A DNA stretch of 64,000 nucleotides, from positions 51,462,001-51,526,000 of the forward strand of contig NC_087447.1 of NCBI RefSeq assembly GCF_036321535.1, read 5' to 3'. A model generated the notes under the pieces. The model searched no databases. It was not told the origin of the DNA and saw nothing but the letters and a program-made list of their open reading frames with translations. The position numbers and the translations under genes are program-made. The DNA is from Camelus dromedarius. Lineage: Eukaryota. Below are positions 61,440 to 64,000 of the stretch, piece by piece. Every line of letters begins with the position of its first letter. Within the stretch, counting starts at the first letter, position 1.

Positions 61440-61800
61440 CCTCGATATAATTTACATACCATTAAACTCACCATTAAACTTTTAAAGTATGCAATTCAAT
61501 GGACTTTTTGGTCATAACCTTGTATAATAGTTTCCATTACTAATTCCAGAATATATTACCCCACAGGAAACCACATGACCATTAGTAGTCACTGCCTGTT
61601 CTTCCCTCCCTCCAGCTCCTGGCAACTACTACTTTCTGTTCCTATAGATGTGCCTATTCTAGACATTTCATATAAACAGAATCATTCACTTCTCTTAAGT
61701 ACATACCTAGGATTGAAAATTTTGGGTCATATGGTAACTCTATGTTTCACCTTTTGAGGAACTGCCAGACTGTTTTCCAAAGTAATTGCACCATTTTACA
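61440..61800 (-). mobile_element. Old L1 (L1MB-like) 3' fragment in AAMDC intron 2
   Basis: CTCCTGGCAACTACTACTTTCTGTTCCTATAGATGTGCCTATTCTAGACATTTCATATAAA...GAGGAACTGCCAGACTGTTTTCCAAAG. Confidence 0.8.
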
Positions 61801-63399
61801 GGCAGACAGGTTTCGTTGTCTTTTCCCTTTTCCAGTTGGTGGATTTTTTTTGGGGGGGGGGGGGAGGTCATGCCTTTCACTGAAGATGGGTTTCAGACAG
61901 GTACTTTGCATAATTAGGAGGGGGTGTCACGATTCTAATGTCCTACCTTGCTCAAGCCTTGTCTCCTAGTCTCAGAATGCCTCATAAAAGACTATGAGAA
62001 TGGCAAGTGTACCTGCGGTACTTCGCTATCAGTTCACATTCTGAGTTTCAACTCTGTCTTCACTTTTAGCCTCTGGGAATTTCCATTTCCTTTTTGCAAG
62101 CTCAGCTATACATTTCAAGGGATGTTTATTTTTATCCAGCATTTGTAGGGATTTTGTTTAAGGAAACTTTCCAGATGTTATAGTTTATCCCCTTGTTCTG
62201 CACAGTAAGGAGTCATACCTACGTAGTCAGGCCCCATATAAAGAGTCTCAACACACACTCTCTGTTTATGCCTTGGTTTTGAACTGCATGCACTCATTGT
62301 TTTGATCCAGACTCCTAGTTGCTTGTTAGCTACCAACCTGGATCTTAACAAAAGGAATATACCTGGATTGGTAAAAGGAGTAGGAGGCTTTGAAGTGACA
62401 GAATGAGAGAAGGCTGAGAAATAAGAAGCCATAATGCTTGTGAAGCAAATGTCTCCATTGGATTGTTTCATAAAGTAAAGCTGGAGAGGTGCAAGAGTAG
62501 GCAGTGGTAGAGCTGACAGAGTGTTGGCAGAGCTAAGGTTACATTTTATTCGGTGGACAAGGCATAGCCATTTCAGATACTTAAGCAGGAGACTGATGTG
62601 ACTGGCAAAGATTATCCAGACTATGGGTTTAAGATATATTGTAGTACCAACTTATGAGTGTGCCACATTGGAGAGATTTTTTTTCTTCAAAAATGGACTT
62701 AACACTATATATTATATTTTTCCCATATAAGACTATATTAGTTAATATTACCATTAAGCTCATTTTGTAATCAAGGAAACTTAAGTACAGAGAAGTTATA
62801 CAGTTGTTCAAGCACAGAGCTTAGAAAAATCTGAAGTCAAATAGTCAATCCAGGTCATATTCTAACCTTCTTTCCCGTTCCTTTCTACTACATCATGATT
62901 TCTCTTATAAACTATAACATTAAAAAATACAAAACTGTAAATGATACTATGTTTCATTTGTTTATAATTTTTTGACATAGTGGGTTTACAATGTTGTGTC
63001 AATTTCTGGTGTACAGCATAATGTCTGTCATACATATACATACATGCATTCCTTTTCATATTCTTTTTCATTATAGTTTAAAATAATTGAAATACTTAGG
63101 TATAAATCTAACATAATATGCAAAGGGTCTGCATTACTAAAACTATAAAACTGATGTGAGAAATCTCAGTAAATGGAGAAATTTTATGCTCATTGATAAA
63201 AAATTATACAAAACTGTGAAGGTACCATTGATGATAATTTGAAAATAAGAAATGTTTGCTGTAATGTTTTTATCTTGTTAAGTTTCATTTGTCAGCAGAA
63301 TACACAAGAAGAAATGTTCTAGAACTAGTTGGAGAAAGAAGAACTGGGAAAGATGAGAGGAAGCTGAAGTGTTGAACTAGAACTCATCTGCGTTGAGGC

Positions 63400-64000
63400 T
63401 AAAGGACATCAGATTAAAGCTATTAAGCCTCAGAGTCCTCATCTGCAAATGGAATAATAACATTACCCACCTTATAGAGCTGATCTTAGGATTAATGTAC
63501 CGTGCTCAATATGGTGTAGGCACTCAATAAGAGAAGCTGTTATTGTTAAGTTGGTAGTAGTGTAGGTGGAGATCAAACAGCAAATTTGAAAACTATTGAA
63601 GTGAAATTGGCAGGATAAGGTGGTTTCTTAGATTTCGCAAGTAAAGGAGAATTCGAATGTAGATAAGTGGGTATATGGTGGTGCCATTTATTGAGATTGG
63701 GTATATCAAGAGGAGGAACAGATATGTTTGTGTTTGGGGCACAGGTTGGGTAGAGAAAATGATTAATTCTTTTGGAATATGTTGAGCTGAACTTACATTA
63801 GGGCAGCTAGATAGAGATACTTAGTATATATTCAGACTCATAGGTCCAGGCACTGTCATATTTTAGCTAGATAATCTTCCAAGTTATTTAGCCTCTCTGT
63901 ACCTCAGTTTCACCATCATAAAAGGAGAATAATAATATCTGTTTGTCATCAGTTGATACAAGAGTAATACATGGGTTGGGAAGAAAAACTTTAAAAAATG
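63400..64000. mobile_element. MIR and L2 fragments
   Basis: CCTCATCTGCAAATGGAATAATAAC and CCTCTCTGTACCTCAGTTT (MIR). ATGGTGGTGCCATTTATTGAGA...TTTGGAATATGTTGAG (L2). Confidence 0.65.

Overview
Mammalian genomic DNA, most likely a camelid given the tRNA-Ala-headed Vic-1-like SINEs and cetartiodactyl-type L1 3' ends. It holds the head-to-head 5' ends of two genes that share a CpG-island bidirectional promoter at about 52.5-54.2 kb. RSF1 is on the minus strand: coding exon 1 at 53121-53307, exon 2 at 14668-14759, intron 1 of 38,361 nt, and exon 3 not found in the window. AAMDC is on the plus strand: a probable non-coding exon 1 ending at 53842 and its first coding exon at 61172-61321. Most of the rest is intronic transposon sequence (L1, L2, MIR, MaLR/ERVL LTRs, hAT and Tigger MITEs, SINEs). 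Nearly all ORF-track entries are chance ORFs or decayed L1. Four observations stand out. (1) A 38-nt candidate poison exon with strong splice sites lies in RSF1 intron 1. (2) An exact copy of the first 14 nt of U1 snRNA sits about 80 nt upstream of that exon in the same pre-mRNA. (3) A 9.3-kb sense-oriented L1 block is bounded by a 17-bp target-site duplication (TSD) and carries an apparent 123-nt 5' transduction. (4) A 3-kb chimeric L1 insert is nested inside that block. Repeat subfamily names come from recalled consensus sequences, not a database search, and repeat boundaries are approximate unless TSDs are given.
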